A stretch of DNA of 64,000 nt from contig CAVONW010000003.1 in the NCBI GenBank assembly GCA_963697415.1, positions 2,427,821 to 2,491,820 on the forward strand. Reading direction: 5' to 3'. The notes under the pieces were generated by a model. That model had not been told where the DNA came from, searched no databases, and was given only the letters and a program-made list of their open reading frames with translations. Positions 48,317 through 56,517 of the stretch are shown here, in pieces (the stretch's first letter is position 1; every line of letters begins with the position of its first letter). A program made the translations under genes and the position numbers. Origin of the DNA: an uncultured Chloroflexia bacterium. GTDB lineage: Bacteria; Chloroflexota; Limnocylindria; Limnocylindrales; CSP1-4.

Positions 48317-48564
48317 TCAACCGCGCAGGACGGTCCTCACGCCCGCCCAGGCGGTCATCAGGGCCCCGGTCGCCGCCATGATCGCGAGGAATCCCTCGCC
48401 GCCGAGCCATGACGCAACCGCCATGCCCCCGAACATGATCGCCAGGACGAGCGCGATGGCTGCCATCCCGAGACGCTCGAGGAGCGGCCGGCGAGCCGTC
48501 TCGAGCGCGGCGGTCGGATCATCCCGTGCGTCGAGGCCGGCGCTGTCAGGCGGCTGCTCGGTCA
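48317..48564 (-). CDS. small membrane protein (2 TM) coupled (ATGA) to the pbpA stop
   Basis: MTEQPPDS...MAAIALVLAIMFGGMAVASWL...; it sits where pknA/pknB would be in mycobacterial-type clusters. Confidence 0.5.
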
Positions 48565-50064
48565 TCGTCCCGCCCACGCCTTCCACGCGGCGAGCAGGTC
48601 GCCCCCGATCGGCGCGGCTCGCTCGGCCCCGCGGCCGCCCTGCTCGACGACGACGGCGATCACGATCTCCGGATTCTCCACCGGCGCGAAACCGATGAAC
48701 CATGAGTTCGGCTCGCCGGTCCCACCGAGCTCGGCCGTCCCGGACTTGCCTGCCACGGTCAACCCCTTGACTCGGGCACCGGCCGTGAATTGGCGCCCGA
48801 GCGGGCCTTCGACAGCCTGCTGCATCGCCACGGCAATCTCGCGCGCGATCTCGGGCCGGAGAACCCGCTGCCAGACCTCAGGGTCCACGGCCAGGGTTCC
48901 GGCCTGCCCGGTGAACGCCTGGACAAGATGGGGTCGCATCAGGACACCATTGTTGGCGACGGTGCTCGTGACGAGCGCCATCTGGAGCGGCGTCACAACC
49001 GTTTCGGCCTGACCATACGCGGCGTTCGCGAGCTCGACGGCATCCGTGAACCCTCCACCGAAACTTCCGCCGCCGCCGGTCACCTGGGAAGCGGCGGTCC
49101 GAAGGTCGAACGGGATCGGCTCGCCGAATCCGAGCTTTGCGGCCCAATTCGTGAGGGTATCTCCACCGGACGCAAGCCCGGCCAGCGCATACCAGATATT
49201 GCACGAGACCTCGGTCGCGGCAACGAAGTCGAGCGCCCTGGAACCGGTGGCCGCGTGATGCCCATCGCGAACGCGATACCCCGATACGAGGAGCCCGTTC
49301 TTCTCGGCGGCCGGCTGCTCGGCAAACGTGGTGTCGGCCGAGACCGCACCGGACCCGAGCGCGGCGATCGCGGTCACGATCTTGAATACCGACCCGGGCA
49401 CGTAGCGACCCTGCGTCGCCCGCGGGAGGAGAGGCTTGTCCGGATCCCCCTGCAGGGACTCGAAGGCCTGCGTCGCCGTGTCCGGGTTGGCAACCGCCGA
49501 TGCGTCGAAGACCGGCGTCGACGCGAGGACGAGGACGTCGCCCGTCCGCGGGTCGAGCATTACGACCGCCCCGCGGTCCGCCCCGAGCGCGCCGACGGCA
49601 GCCTCCTGGAGCTTGGCCACCAGCGTCGACTGGATCGCCTGCGGGTCCGATGAGTCGGCCCGGAACTTCTTCACCAGGTCCTGGACGGGATCCACGGATG
49701 TGACCCCGGTGAGCTGTGCGTCGTAGGCCCGCTCCAGCCCGGCGCTGCCGAAGGCGCGCGACGCGTAGCCCAGGACACCGGACAGGGAGTTGGACAGGTA
49801 CTTCCGGTACGGCTCCCCGTTCGCGTCGAGGGCGGACCAGGCCAGGCGTTTGCCGTCTCGATCGGTGATCTCGCCGCGGACGACGTGCCGACTCGCTGCG
49901 ATGACCGCAGCGTCATCGGGCGCGGACGAGAGCTCGCCGGAACGGACGACCTGCCAGTACCCGGCGCCGGCTGCGAGCGCCCCGAAGGCAACAGTCAACG
50001 CCACGGCGACGCGCCCGAGGGCAGTGCCGATCCCCGGACGCCGACCTGGGCGGACCTGGGTCAT
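48562..50064 (-). CDS. pbpA: penicillin-binding protein (class B transpeptidase, PbpA-like)
   Basis: SVFK (SxxK), SCN (SxN), KSGT (KTG). ATG 50064 overlaps the rodA stop. Confidence 0.9.
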   Translation of the reverse strand: MTQVRPGRRPGIGTALGRVAVALTVAFGALAAGAGYWQVVRSGELSSAPDDAAVIAASRHVVRGEITDRDGKRLAWSALDANGEPYRKYLSNSLSGVLGYASRAFGSAGLERAYDAQLTGVTSVDPVQDLVKKFRADSSDPQAIQSTLVAKLQEAAVGALGADRGAVVMLDPRTGDVLVLASTPVFDASAVANPDTATQAFESLQGDPDKPLLPRATQGRYVPGSVFKIVTAIAALGSGAVSADTTFAEQPAAEKNGLLVSGYRVRDGHHAATGSRALDFVAATEVSCNIWYALAGLASGGDTLTNWAAKLGFGEPIPFDLRTAASQVTGGGGSFGGGFTDAVELANAAYGQAETVVTPLQMALVTSTVANNGVLMRPHLVQAFTGQAGTLAVDPEVWQRVLRPEIAREIAVAMQQAVEGPLGRQFTAGARVKGLTVAGKSGTAELGGTGEPNSWFIGFAPVENPEIVIAVVVEQGGRGAERAAPIGGDLLAAWKAWAGR

Positions 50065-51512
50065 GCCGCACCTCGATCCCGCAGACGCCCGAAGCCGCGC
50101 AGTTCGGATGGGACTCGGGGCGCCTCGGCGCCCCGGTCCGACAGGGCGATGAGGAGACCGACCACGACCCCGTTGGTCAGCAGCGAGGAACCGCCATAAC
50201 TGATGAACGGGAGCGTGATGCCGGTCAGCGGAATGAGCTTGAGGTTGCCCGCCGCGATGATGAATGCCTGGACCCCGATCACCAGGCTCAGACCTGCGGC
50301 CAGGATCGCCCGGAATTCGTCCACGGCCGACGCCGCGATCCGCAGACCACGCTCGATCACGACGAGGTAGAGCCCCAGGATGCCCATGATCCCGACCAGC
50401 CCGAGCTCCTCGCCCAGAGCCGCAAACGGGAAGTCCGTGTGGAGCGCCGGGATCGGTGGTGCGCCGCCGATCGTCGGCAGGCCGCCACCCAGGCCGGTCC
50501 CGAGGATTCCTCCGCGGGCGAAGGCGTGGAGTGCCTGGACCACCTGGTAGCCGCTGCCGCTGGCGGTCGCGAACGGGTCCAGCCAGATATCCACCCGGAC
50601 TCGAACATGTGGCACGAGCTCGTACAGCACCGCGCCGCCGGCCAAGAGCGCGAGGAGCCCGAGGACGACGAATGAGGCCCTCGCCGTCACCACGTACAGA
50701 AGCAGCAGGAAGACGGCGAAGAAGAGGAGCGCCGCACCAAGGTCCCGCTGGACCACGACGATCGACAGCGCCAGCGCCCACATGGCGACCATCGGAGCCA
50801 GGTACGGGAGCGGCGGGATCCGAAGCGGGCCCAGGCGGGTCGACTCGTCGATGAGCAGCGGGCGGTTCTCCGACAGGTAGCCGGCGAGGAACACGACGAG
50901 GATGACCTTGAGGAGTTCCGACGGCTGGCCCGTTACCGGGCCGACGGTGAGCGTCAGCCGCTGCCCGTTCACGTCGTGCCCGAAGGCGAACGTCACGAGC
51001 AGGAGGCCCACCCCAAGCGCGGCCCAGCTGTACTTGTAGAGCCGCAGCCAGGCGTCACTCCGGACCAGGGCGCCGATGGCCGCGATGAGCCCGACCGCGA
51101 CCAGCATCCAGACGAGCTGCGTCCGGCCGAGACCCAGGCCGCCGGCCAGGCCCTGGGGCAACCGTTCCATCAGGAGCAGGCTGATCCCGCCGAGCAGTCC
51201 GACCGTGGGCAGCAGCACCTGGTCTGTCCGGCGACCGGACAGGGCGAGGACGAGGTGGGCAACCAACAGGCCACCGAGATACCAGGCGAGCGCGACGCCG
51301 TCGGCGAGCAGGCTGCCGCCGGCTGGCGAAGTCGGGCCGGCGCCGAGCTCCCATGTCGCCGCGAGCGACGCGCTGCCGACCACGAGCGTGAGGGCGACGA
51401 TCAGGAGCAGGCTCAACTCCCGGCCTCGGAACCGAGGACGGAGCCGGGGTATCCCGGGGAGTGCGAGACTCACCGGCGGGCTCGCTCCAGGCGCAGGCGG
51501 ACGTTGCCGCAC
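50061..51512 (-). CDS. rodA: SEDS-family peptidoglycan polymerase RodA/FtsW
   Basis: 10-TM FtsW/RodA/SpoVE architecture. Confidence 0.9.
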   Translation of the reverse strand: MRQRPPAPGASPPVSLALPGIPRLRPRFRGRELSLLLIVALTLVVGSASLAATWELGAGPTSPAGGSLLADGVALAWYLGGLLVAHLVLALSGRRTDQVLLPTVGLLGGISLLLMERLPQGLAGGLGLGRTQLVWMLVAVGLIAAIGALVRSDAWLRLYKYSWAALGVGLLLVTFAFGHDVNGQRLTLTVGPVTGQPSELLKVILVVFLAGYLSENRPLLIDESTRLGPLRIPPLPYLAPMVAMWALALSIVVVQRDLGAALLFFAVFLLLLYVVTARASFVVLGLLALLAGGAVLYELVPHVRVRVDIWLDPFATASGSGYQVVQALHAFARGGILGTGLGGGLPTIGGAPPIPALHTDFPFAALGEELGLVGIMGILGLYLVVIERGLRIAASAVDEFRAILAAGLSLVIGVQAFIIAAGNLKLIPLTGITLPFISYGGSSLLTNGVVVGLLIALSDRGAEAPRVPSELRGFGRLRDRGAA

Positions 51513-51907
51513 TGGAGCTCGTCCCCGAAGGAGACGAGGGAAATGTCATCGACCGGGCTGCCGTTGATGAACGTTCCGTTCGTGGATCCGAGATCCTCGA
51601 CGTACCAGGCTCGTCCCCGGTAGGTCAAGGCAGCGTGCAGCCCGGACACGAACTCATCATCGAGAAGGATCGTGGCGTTGACGTCCCGTCCCAGGGTCGT
51701 CACCGCATCGAGCGAGAACCCTGCGCCGACGGCGGGTTCGCCACTCGGTGAGGCGACCACGACGAGTCGGCCCAGCTCGGCGCTCGGCTCACGGGCCGCC
51801 GCCCTGAGGTCCCGCAGGAGAACCCGGACCACGGCCCACAGGAATGCATAGATACCCGCGAGAAACAGGAGTCGCAGGACCCAGATCGCGACAACGGTGC
51901 CGTCCAA
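51470..51907 (-). CDS. fhaB: membrane-anchored FHA-domain protein (FhaB/FipA-like)
   Basis: N-terminal TM, C-terminal FHA (...TTLGRD...GLHAAL...DLGSTNGTFING). Confidence 0.8.
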   Translation of the reverse strand: MDGTVVAIWVLRLLFLAGIYAFLWAVVRVLLRDLRAAAREPSAELGRLVVVASPSGEPAVGAGFSLDAVTTLGRDVNATILLDDEFVSGLHAALTYRGRAWYVEDLGSTNGTFINGSPVDDISLVSFGDELQCGNVRLRLERARR

Positions 51908-52696
51908 TCAGTCCTCCGGTCGGTCGTGGCCGGGAGCATCGGCCGGAAAGCCGTCATCGACTGCCACGACCGTGATCGTCGAGGCGCCGATCTCCACGAC
52001 GTCGCCCTCGCCCACGACGACCTCTCGAACCCGGGCGCCGTTCACCCTTGTCCCATTGGTGGAGTCGAGGTCGGTCAGCACCAGCACCCCGTCCCGGGCC
52101 TGAATGCGAGCGTGGCGCCGCGAGACGCGCGAGTCCGCGAGCGTGAGGACGTTGTCGGTCGCTCGCCCGATCGTCAGCGGCCGGCCATCGGCGACGATCG
52201 TCCGTGCCCGGCCTCCGGGCTCACGGATAGCGAGGGTCGTGCGCGGCGCGCGAACAATCGGGACCGCGAAGACCCGGGTCCGGCCGAGCCCCTCCGCAGG
52301 CTCGACCTTGCGGTCGGCCTCGAGATCCGAGTACCGCGCTTCTACTTCGATGTCGCCGGAGCGCAGCGTGTCGTCGGCCAGGATCGCGACGCTGGGCATG
52401 GCCGCCAGGATGTAGGCCCGTCTTCGAGCCCACTCCAGGGCGCCGGAGGCAAGATCCGTGGGTAGCTCAGCCGCCTGATCCAGCGACGCAAGATCCACTC
52501 GTCGCAGTCGTACGGTGATTCGATCGGGCACTCGGGTCCGCCCGCCACGGACGACCCGGCCATGCTCCATCGCCCGTTCGATCCTGCGCTGGACCTGCAC
52601 CGGCTGGACTCGGGTGCTGAAGAGCCGCGCGCTAGGCCGCTCGAAGAGACGCTCGAAGAAGCGCTCAACGGCCGACATCGGTCGGATCGGTGGCAT
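51908..52696 (-). CDS. fhaA: FHA-domain protein FhaA-like (DUF3662 N-domain + C-terminal FHA)
   Basis: N-terminal MSAVERFFERLFERP... DUF3662 signature; C-terminal FHA ...TIGRATDNVLTL...DLDSTNGTRVNG. Confidence 0.8.
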   Translation of the reverse strand: MPPIRPMSAVERFFERLFERPSARLFSTRVQPVQVQRRIERAMEHGRVVRGGRTRVPDRITVRLRRVDLASLDQAAELPTDLASGALEWARRRAYILAAMPSVAILADDTLRSGDIEVEARYSDLEADRKVEPAEGLGRTRVFAVPIVRAPRTTLAIREPGGRARTIVADGRPLTIGRATDNVLTLADSRVSRRHARIQARDGVLVLTDLDSTNGTRVNGARVREVVVGEGDVVEIGASTITVVAVDDGFPADAPGHDRPED

Positions 52697-52817
52697 CCGG
52701 GGGAGCCTACCAGAGCCGCCCGAGCCGGCACGCCGGCCCGCGGAAGGCCGCGAGGCAGTACCGTCGTCGATTCCGCGCCGGTACCTGATACCGATCGGAA
52801 TACCGAGCAGGCTGGGC

Positions 52818-52823
52818 TATAAT
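52818..52823 (+). promoter_or_regulatory. consensus -10 hexamer TATAAT upstream of the double zinc-ribbon gene
   Basis: TATAAT lies 54 nt upstream of ATG 52877, with a weak -35 (TCGGAA) at 17-nt spacing. Confidence 0.4.
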
Positions 52824-52876
52824 CCGGGCCCGTTGCACGCCGACACGTGCGATCGGGCCGCGAGCGTCCGGGGGCC

Positions 52877-54026
52877 GATGACCGAGATCCTGACCGAGTC
52901 CTTCTGCGAACGGTGTGGCACGCGCTACACGTTCGAGTCGTCCATGCCCCGTCAACGCCGGCTGGGTAGCCTGAAGGTGCTGGGTCGCGGGCTGAAGAGC
53001 TTTGTCCTGTCGGATAACTCGTCGCTCGACGAGGCGATCGCCGGAGCCCGAGCGGACGAGGAGCGGGAAGCCAGCGGGCACCAGCTTGACGCATTCCACA
53101 AGACCTTCAGCTTCTGCATGTCATGCCGTCAGTACACGTGCGCGAACTGCTGGAACGAGCTCGAGGCGCGCTGCCTGTCGTGCGCTCCATTCGAAGTGTC
53201 CGAGGCCGTGCCTGCGCTCGCGGCCGAGCACGTTCACGTGGCCGAGCTGGTTCTCGAGGCCGAGATCGATCCGGAACGCCTGCTCCGACTCATGGGCGAA
53301 CCCCCACCTGCGCCGCCCGTGGCCGACGACGTCCAGGCGGCACCCGGCGAGTCTGAAGGTGTCGTCGAGGAGATGGGTGCCGTCGAGGAGATGGGTGCCG
53401 TCGAGGAAGGTCCGGCTATCGGCGGCATGGCACCTGGCGAGAGCCTGGAGGAGGCGATCGCCGCATTCGAGGCCGGGCTGGTGGGCGAGTCGCCTGAGGC
53501 AGCCGAGGACGTCGCGATGCCCATTGAGGCGGCGGACACGGCCGGGTCCGCCCCGGAGATCACGCCAGAGCCGGTCACCCCAGTTGCCGAACTCGAGGTC
53601 GAGGCGGAGCCGGATACTTCGGCAGCGCCTGGTGTCGATGTCGTCGAGCAGCCGGCCTGGCCGGCCTGGCCCGCAGGTGCGCCTGAACCGATCTCCGCGC
53701 CGTCAACAATGCCAGCAGCGCCAGCGCCACCCTCCGGGCCTCCGCAGTGGCCGGTCGGCCCGCGCTGGCCGACCGGGATCCCGGCGGGCCAGGTGCCGCC
53801 AGCTCTCGACGCGCCGCCATCTCCAGCCCAGGCCGGAGACCCGCTGGCCGCACTCATGGCACGGACCTCCACCGAGGCGATGTGGGCCGCGTCCAACCGC
53901 GAGATCCTCCAGCCCGTGGCGACGGTACAGCCGACCCCGACGATCCATGCTTGCGGGACGTGCGGCATCTCGCTTTCGGCAACGGCCCGGTTCTGCCGCC
54001 GTTGCGGCACCGCCCAGGGAGGCTAG
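52877..54026 (+). CDS. double zinc-ribbon protein with acidic/Pro-rich repetitive linker
   Basis: N-terminal CERCG...CMSCRQYTCANC...CLSCAP (4 CxxC) and C-terminal CGTCG...CRRCG. The middle contains VVEEMGAVEEMGAVEEG repeats. Confidence 0.7.
53364..53410 (+). repeat. 18-nt tandem repeat (gtcgaggagatgggtgcc x2.5) inside the double zinc-ribbon gene
   Basis: Directly visible; it encodes the VEEMGA repeats. Confidence 0.7.
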
Positions 54027-54943
54027 TCGGCCCGCTCCCGGCCTTGCCGCCGCGCCTCGTTGTCCGCGATCCAGGCTGCCCCGAACAGGATTGCCTGGAA
54101 GATCAACCCGAACCAGGCAAGTGCCACAAAGACCGTCGCAACGGTCCCGAGGGCGGCGGCGGCGCCGATCAGCCTGGGCGCCAACGCAACGAACAGGCGC
54201 GTCGAGAGTGCGAGCAGCGTCCCGATGACCAGGCTCGGGACTGCGATCGATCGCCAATGCGGTGACCCGGGCGGGACAAATCGGTAGACGAGCCCCAGGG
54301 CCACGGCTGCGAGGGCCGGGCCGAGCAGGTCGGCCGCAACCGCGCCCGCGTCCGAAACGAACCCGGGGGCACCGCTCAGGACCGCAGCCTGGATGAAGGC
54401 CGCGGTGCCGGCGAGCAGGCCTACGGCCACGACTGCGGCCACGAGGACAAGGACGGACCCGAATCCGATCGCGGTCCGAGCGATGAACCCGCGTGGATCC
54501 CCTGCGCCCATGACGAGCCCCAGCGCCACCTCGAGCGACCTCGCGAACCCGCCGGCGCCCCAGGCCAGGGTGGCGAGGCCGACGAGCGAGATGGATCCCG
54601 CGTCCCGCGCCAGGGCCTCAAGCGCGGGCAGAAGGATGGGCCCGAGGGGCGGGAACACGCTGCCGACCAGGTCGACGAGCTGGTCCCGCGCGGCCGCCCC
54701 TGAGAGGAGCGCCCCGCTGAGGCCGAGCAGGAGGATGATCGCCGGGACCACGGCGAAGAGCGCGCTGTAGGCAAGTCCTCCGGCAAGGATGGCACCGCCG
54801 GCCTGGCCGTATCGAGCGGTGATGCGCAGCATGAACGCGACCGGCCCCCGGTCACGAACTGCAACGATCCATGCCAGCCCGCGCCGCCGCGCCGACGCGA
54901 GCGACCCCGGCCGCCGTACAGGCGCCCCGCCGCCGGGCTCCAC
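54023..54943 (-). CDS. YihY/BrkB-family (ribonuclease BN-like) membrane protein
   Basis: 6-TM architecture typical of YihY; convergent 4-nt overlap with the previous gene. Confidence 0.8.
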   Translation of the reverse strand: MEPGGGAPVRRPGSLASARRRGLAWIVAVRDRGPVAFMLRITARYGQAGGAILAGGLAYSALFAVVPAIILLLGLSGALLSGAAARDQLVDLVGSVFPPLGPILLPALEALARDAGSISLVGLATLAWGAGGFARSLEVALGLVMGAGDPRGFIARTAIGFGSVLVLVAAVVAVGLLAGTAAFIQAAVLSGAPGFVSDAGAVAADLLGPALAAVALGLVYRFVPPGSPHWRSIAVPSLVIGTLLALSTRLFVALAPRLIGAAAALGTVATVFVALAWFGLIFQAILFGAAWIADNEARRQGRERAD

Positions 54944-54948
54944 CTGAT

Positions 54949-55197
54949 TCAGTCCCGAAGGTCCTCGAACAGCCTCGGCTGCACGTCGTCCAGGCGGACG
55001 CGGCGGGCTGGCGCGATGAGCGCCCGGACTTCGCCTCGACGCACGAACCGCCGGCCGCCCAGCTTGATGCTCTGGAGCTTGCCGGTGCGCGCCCAGCTTC
55101 CGATCGTGGAGGGCCGGAAGTGGACATTCGAGCCGGCCAGGATCTCGGCGGCTTCAGCGAGGCTGATCCAGTCAGCGGCAGTGCCGGCCATCGTCAT
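54949..55197 (-). CDS. HTH_17 (excisionase/MerR-like) DNA-binding protein
   Basis: ...ISLAEAAEILAGSNVHFRPSTIGSWARTGKLQSIKLGGRRFVRR... winged HTH. Confidence 0.65.
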   Translation of the reverse strand: MTMAGTAADWISLAEAAEILAGSNVHFRPSTIGSWARTGKLQSIKLGGRRFVRRGEVRALIAPARRVRLDDVQPRLFEDLRD

Positions 55198-55535
55198 GCA
55201 CCCCCATCCGAGGCCGCCGGTGACGGGGACGCCGACGATGTCGTCGACGATGTCGTCGACGATGTCGATGATTCAGTCTCCGCCTTCGTGGCGTCGCCTG
55301 CGCCGCCGGCCTCGGACGCTGGTTTGGAGGCCCGTGACTTGCTCGAGGCGGCCGTCGACCGGTCCTTCTTCGCCCAGCCGGAGCCCTTGAAGTGGACGGC
55401 CGGGGTCACGAAGCCCTTGCGCATCGAGCCCTCGATCCCGCAGTTCGGGCAGAACCGGGGCCCAACCTCGTAGATCCCGTGGATCACCTCCACGAGGTGG
55501 CGGCAGCTCGAGCAGGTGTAGTCGTAGATCGGCAC
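55194..55535 (-). CDS. FmdB-family zinc-ribbon protein with Ser/Thr-rich tail
   Basis: MPIYDYTCSSCRH...FCPNCG FmdB signature, plus an S/T-rich C-terminus. Confidence 0.75.
   Translation of the reverse strand: MPIYDYTCSSCRHLVEVIHGIYEVGPRFCPNCGIEGSMRKGFVTPAVHFKGSGWAKKDRSTAASSKSRASKPASEAGGAGDATKAETESSTSSTTSSTTSSASPSPAASDGGA
55234..55269 (+). repeat. 12-nt tandem repeat (gacgatgtcgtc x3) inside the FmdB-family gene
   Basis: Directly visible; it encodes the TSSTTSSTTSS stretch. Confidence 0.7.
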
Positions 55536-55565
55536 GGAACGGGTGCTCCTCGCTTCCCGGTCGGC

Positions 55566-56390
55566 TCAGCCGCGAGACAGGCGCATGCCGCACTTCGGGC
55601 AGTAGAACGCCCGCTCATGCGCAGACTGGAAGCCGCAATGCGCGCAGATCACGCCTCCCCGTCCGGTCGCGACCGCCGGGCGCTCCACGGCGGTCAGGCC
55701 GAGCGAGTACTTGCTCGCGAGGATGTTCGAGAGGATCGTGGCGAGGATCTTGGAGGACGCGCGATCCGTGTCGCCCCGGACACCGCGCCCGCCCCAGCCC
55801 ACGACGCCCCGGACGATCATGTCGCCGGTCACCTCGTCCCAGTGGGCAGCCGCACCACCCACGATCGCGTTGTATTCCGGGTAGCCGGACGTATCAGTCT
55901 CGCCGTCCAGGAGTCCGCACACGAAGGTGTCGAAGGCAAGGTCAACCGCATCGATCGACTCGAGAACGAGGAGCGCGTGGCGCCCGATCGGCGATAGTGC
56001 GTGATGGGCATTCAGCCACTGCATCGCCTCCGATGGCCGGATGATCGTGGGCGATGCCTGGCTGAATTCAACCGGGAGGGGCTCGATGACCTCGACCTCG
56101 CCGCTAGCGATGCCCTCGAGCATCGTGGGCAGCTCCGCGAGCCCGCCCGCCCCGGCCTTGATCCGGACGCCCTCGCTCGTCTTGCCCGCGTAGTTCAGGC
56201 GCAGCTGGTGTTCATGGGCCACGACCTCTTCGGGCATGGCATGGCTGGCCGGGCCGGCCTGGGCCGGACCCGCGGCCGGCGAAGGAGCCGGTGCGTTGCC
56301 TTTGCGGCGAAGGAACTCGAGCGGCACGAACGTGATCTCCCCGGGAAGGCGATGCGGACGGAAACTGACTCGTATCGTAGCAGCGACCAT
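55566..56390 (-). CDS. hypothetical protein with C-terminal zinc ribbon (CAHCG...CPKCG); first gene of the Zn-ribbon/FmdB/HTH/YihY operon
   Basis: 274-aa ORF; no confident domain call; start may be internal. Confidence 0.5.
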   Translation of the reverse strand: MVAATIRVSFRPHRLPGEITFVPLEFLRRKGNAPAPSPAAGPAQAGPASHAMPEEVVAHEHQLRLNYAGKTSEGVRIKAGAGGLAELPTMLEGIASGEVEVIEPLPVEFSQASPTIIRPSEAMQWLNAHHALSPIGRHALLVLESIDAVDLAFDTFVCGLLDGETDTSGYPEYNAIVGGAAAHWDEVTGDMIVRGVVGWGGRGVRGDTDRASSKILATILSNILASKYSLGLTAVERPAVATGRGGVICAHCGFQSAHERAFYCPKCGMRLSRG

Positions 56391-56517
56391 CGCCGGCCCC
56401 GAGTCGTCGCTGACCCGGCACCTGCTGGTGGACCTCCCAAAGGTGCTCGTTCATGGCAGTTCGCTCACCGTGCTCAGTTCGCCCGAGGTCACCGCGGCCG
56501 GTGGCAACGGGGAAATC

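Noticed and set aside
55234-55269. Short tandem repeats (12-nt x3; 18-nt x2.5 at 53364..53410) as CRISPR or minisatellite
   Set aside because: They have no spacers, are in-frame coding repeats inside zinc-ribbon genes, and are too short and few to be a CRISPR array.
55566-56390. Calling the 274-aa zinc-ribbon protein 5-formyltetrahydrofolate cyclo-ligase or FwdE/FmdE because of the FmdB neighbour
   Set aside because: No GxGxGYYDR (5-FCL) or HxCPG (FmdE) motif is visible. Left as hypothetical.
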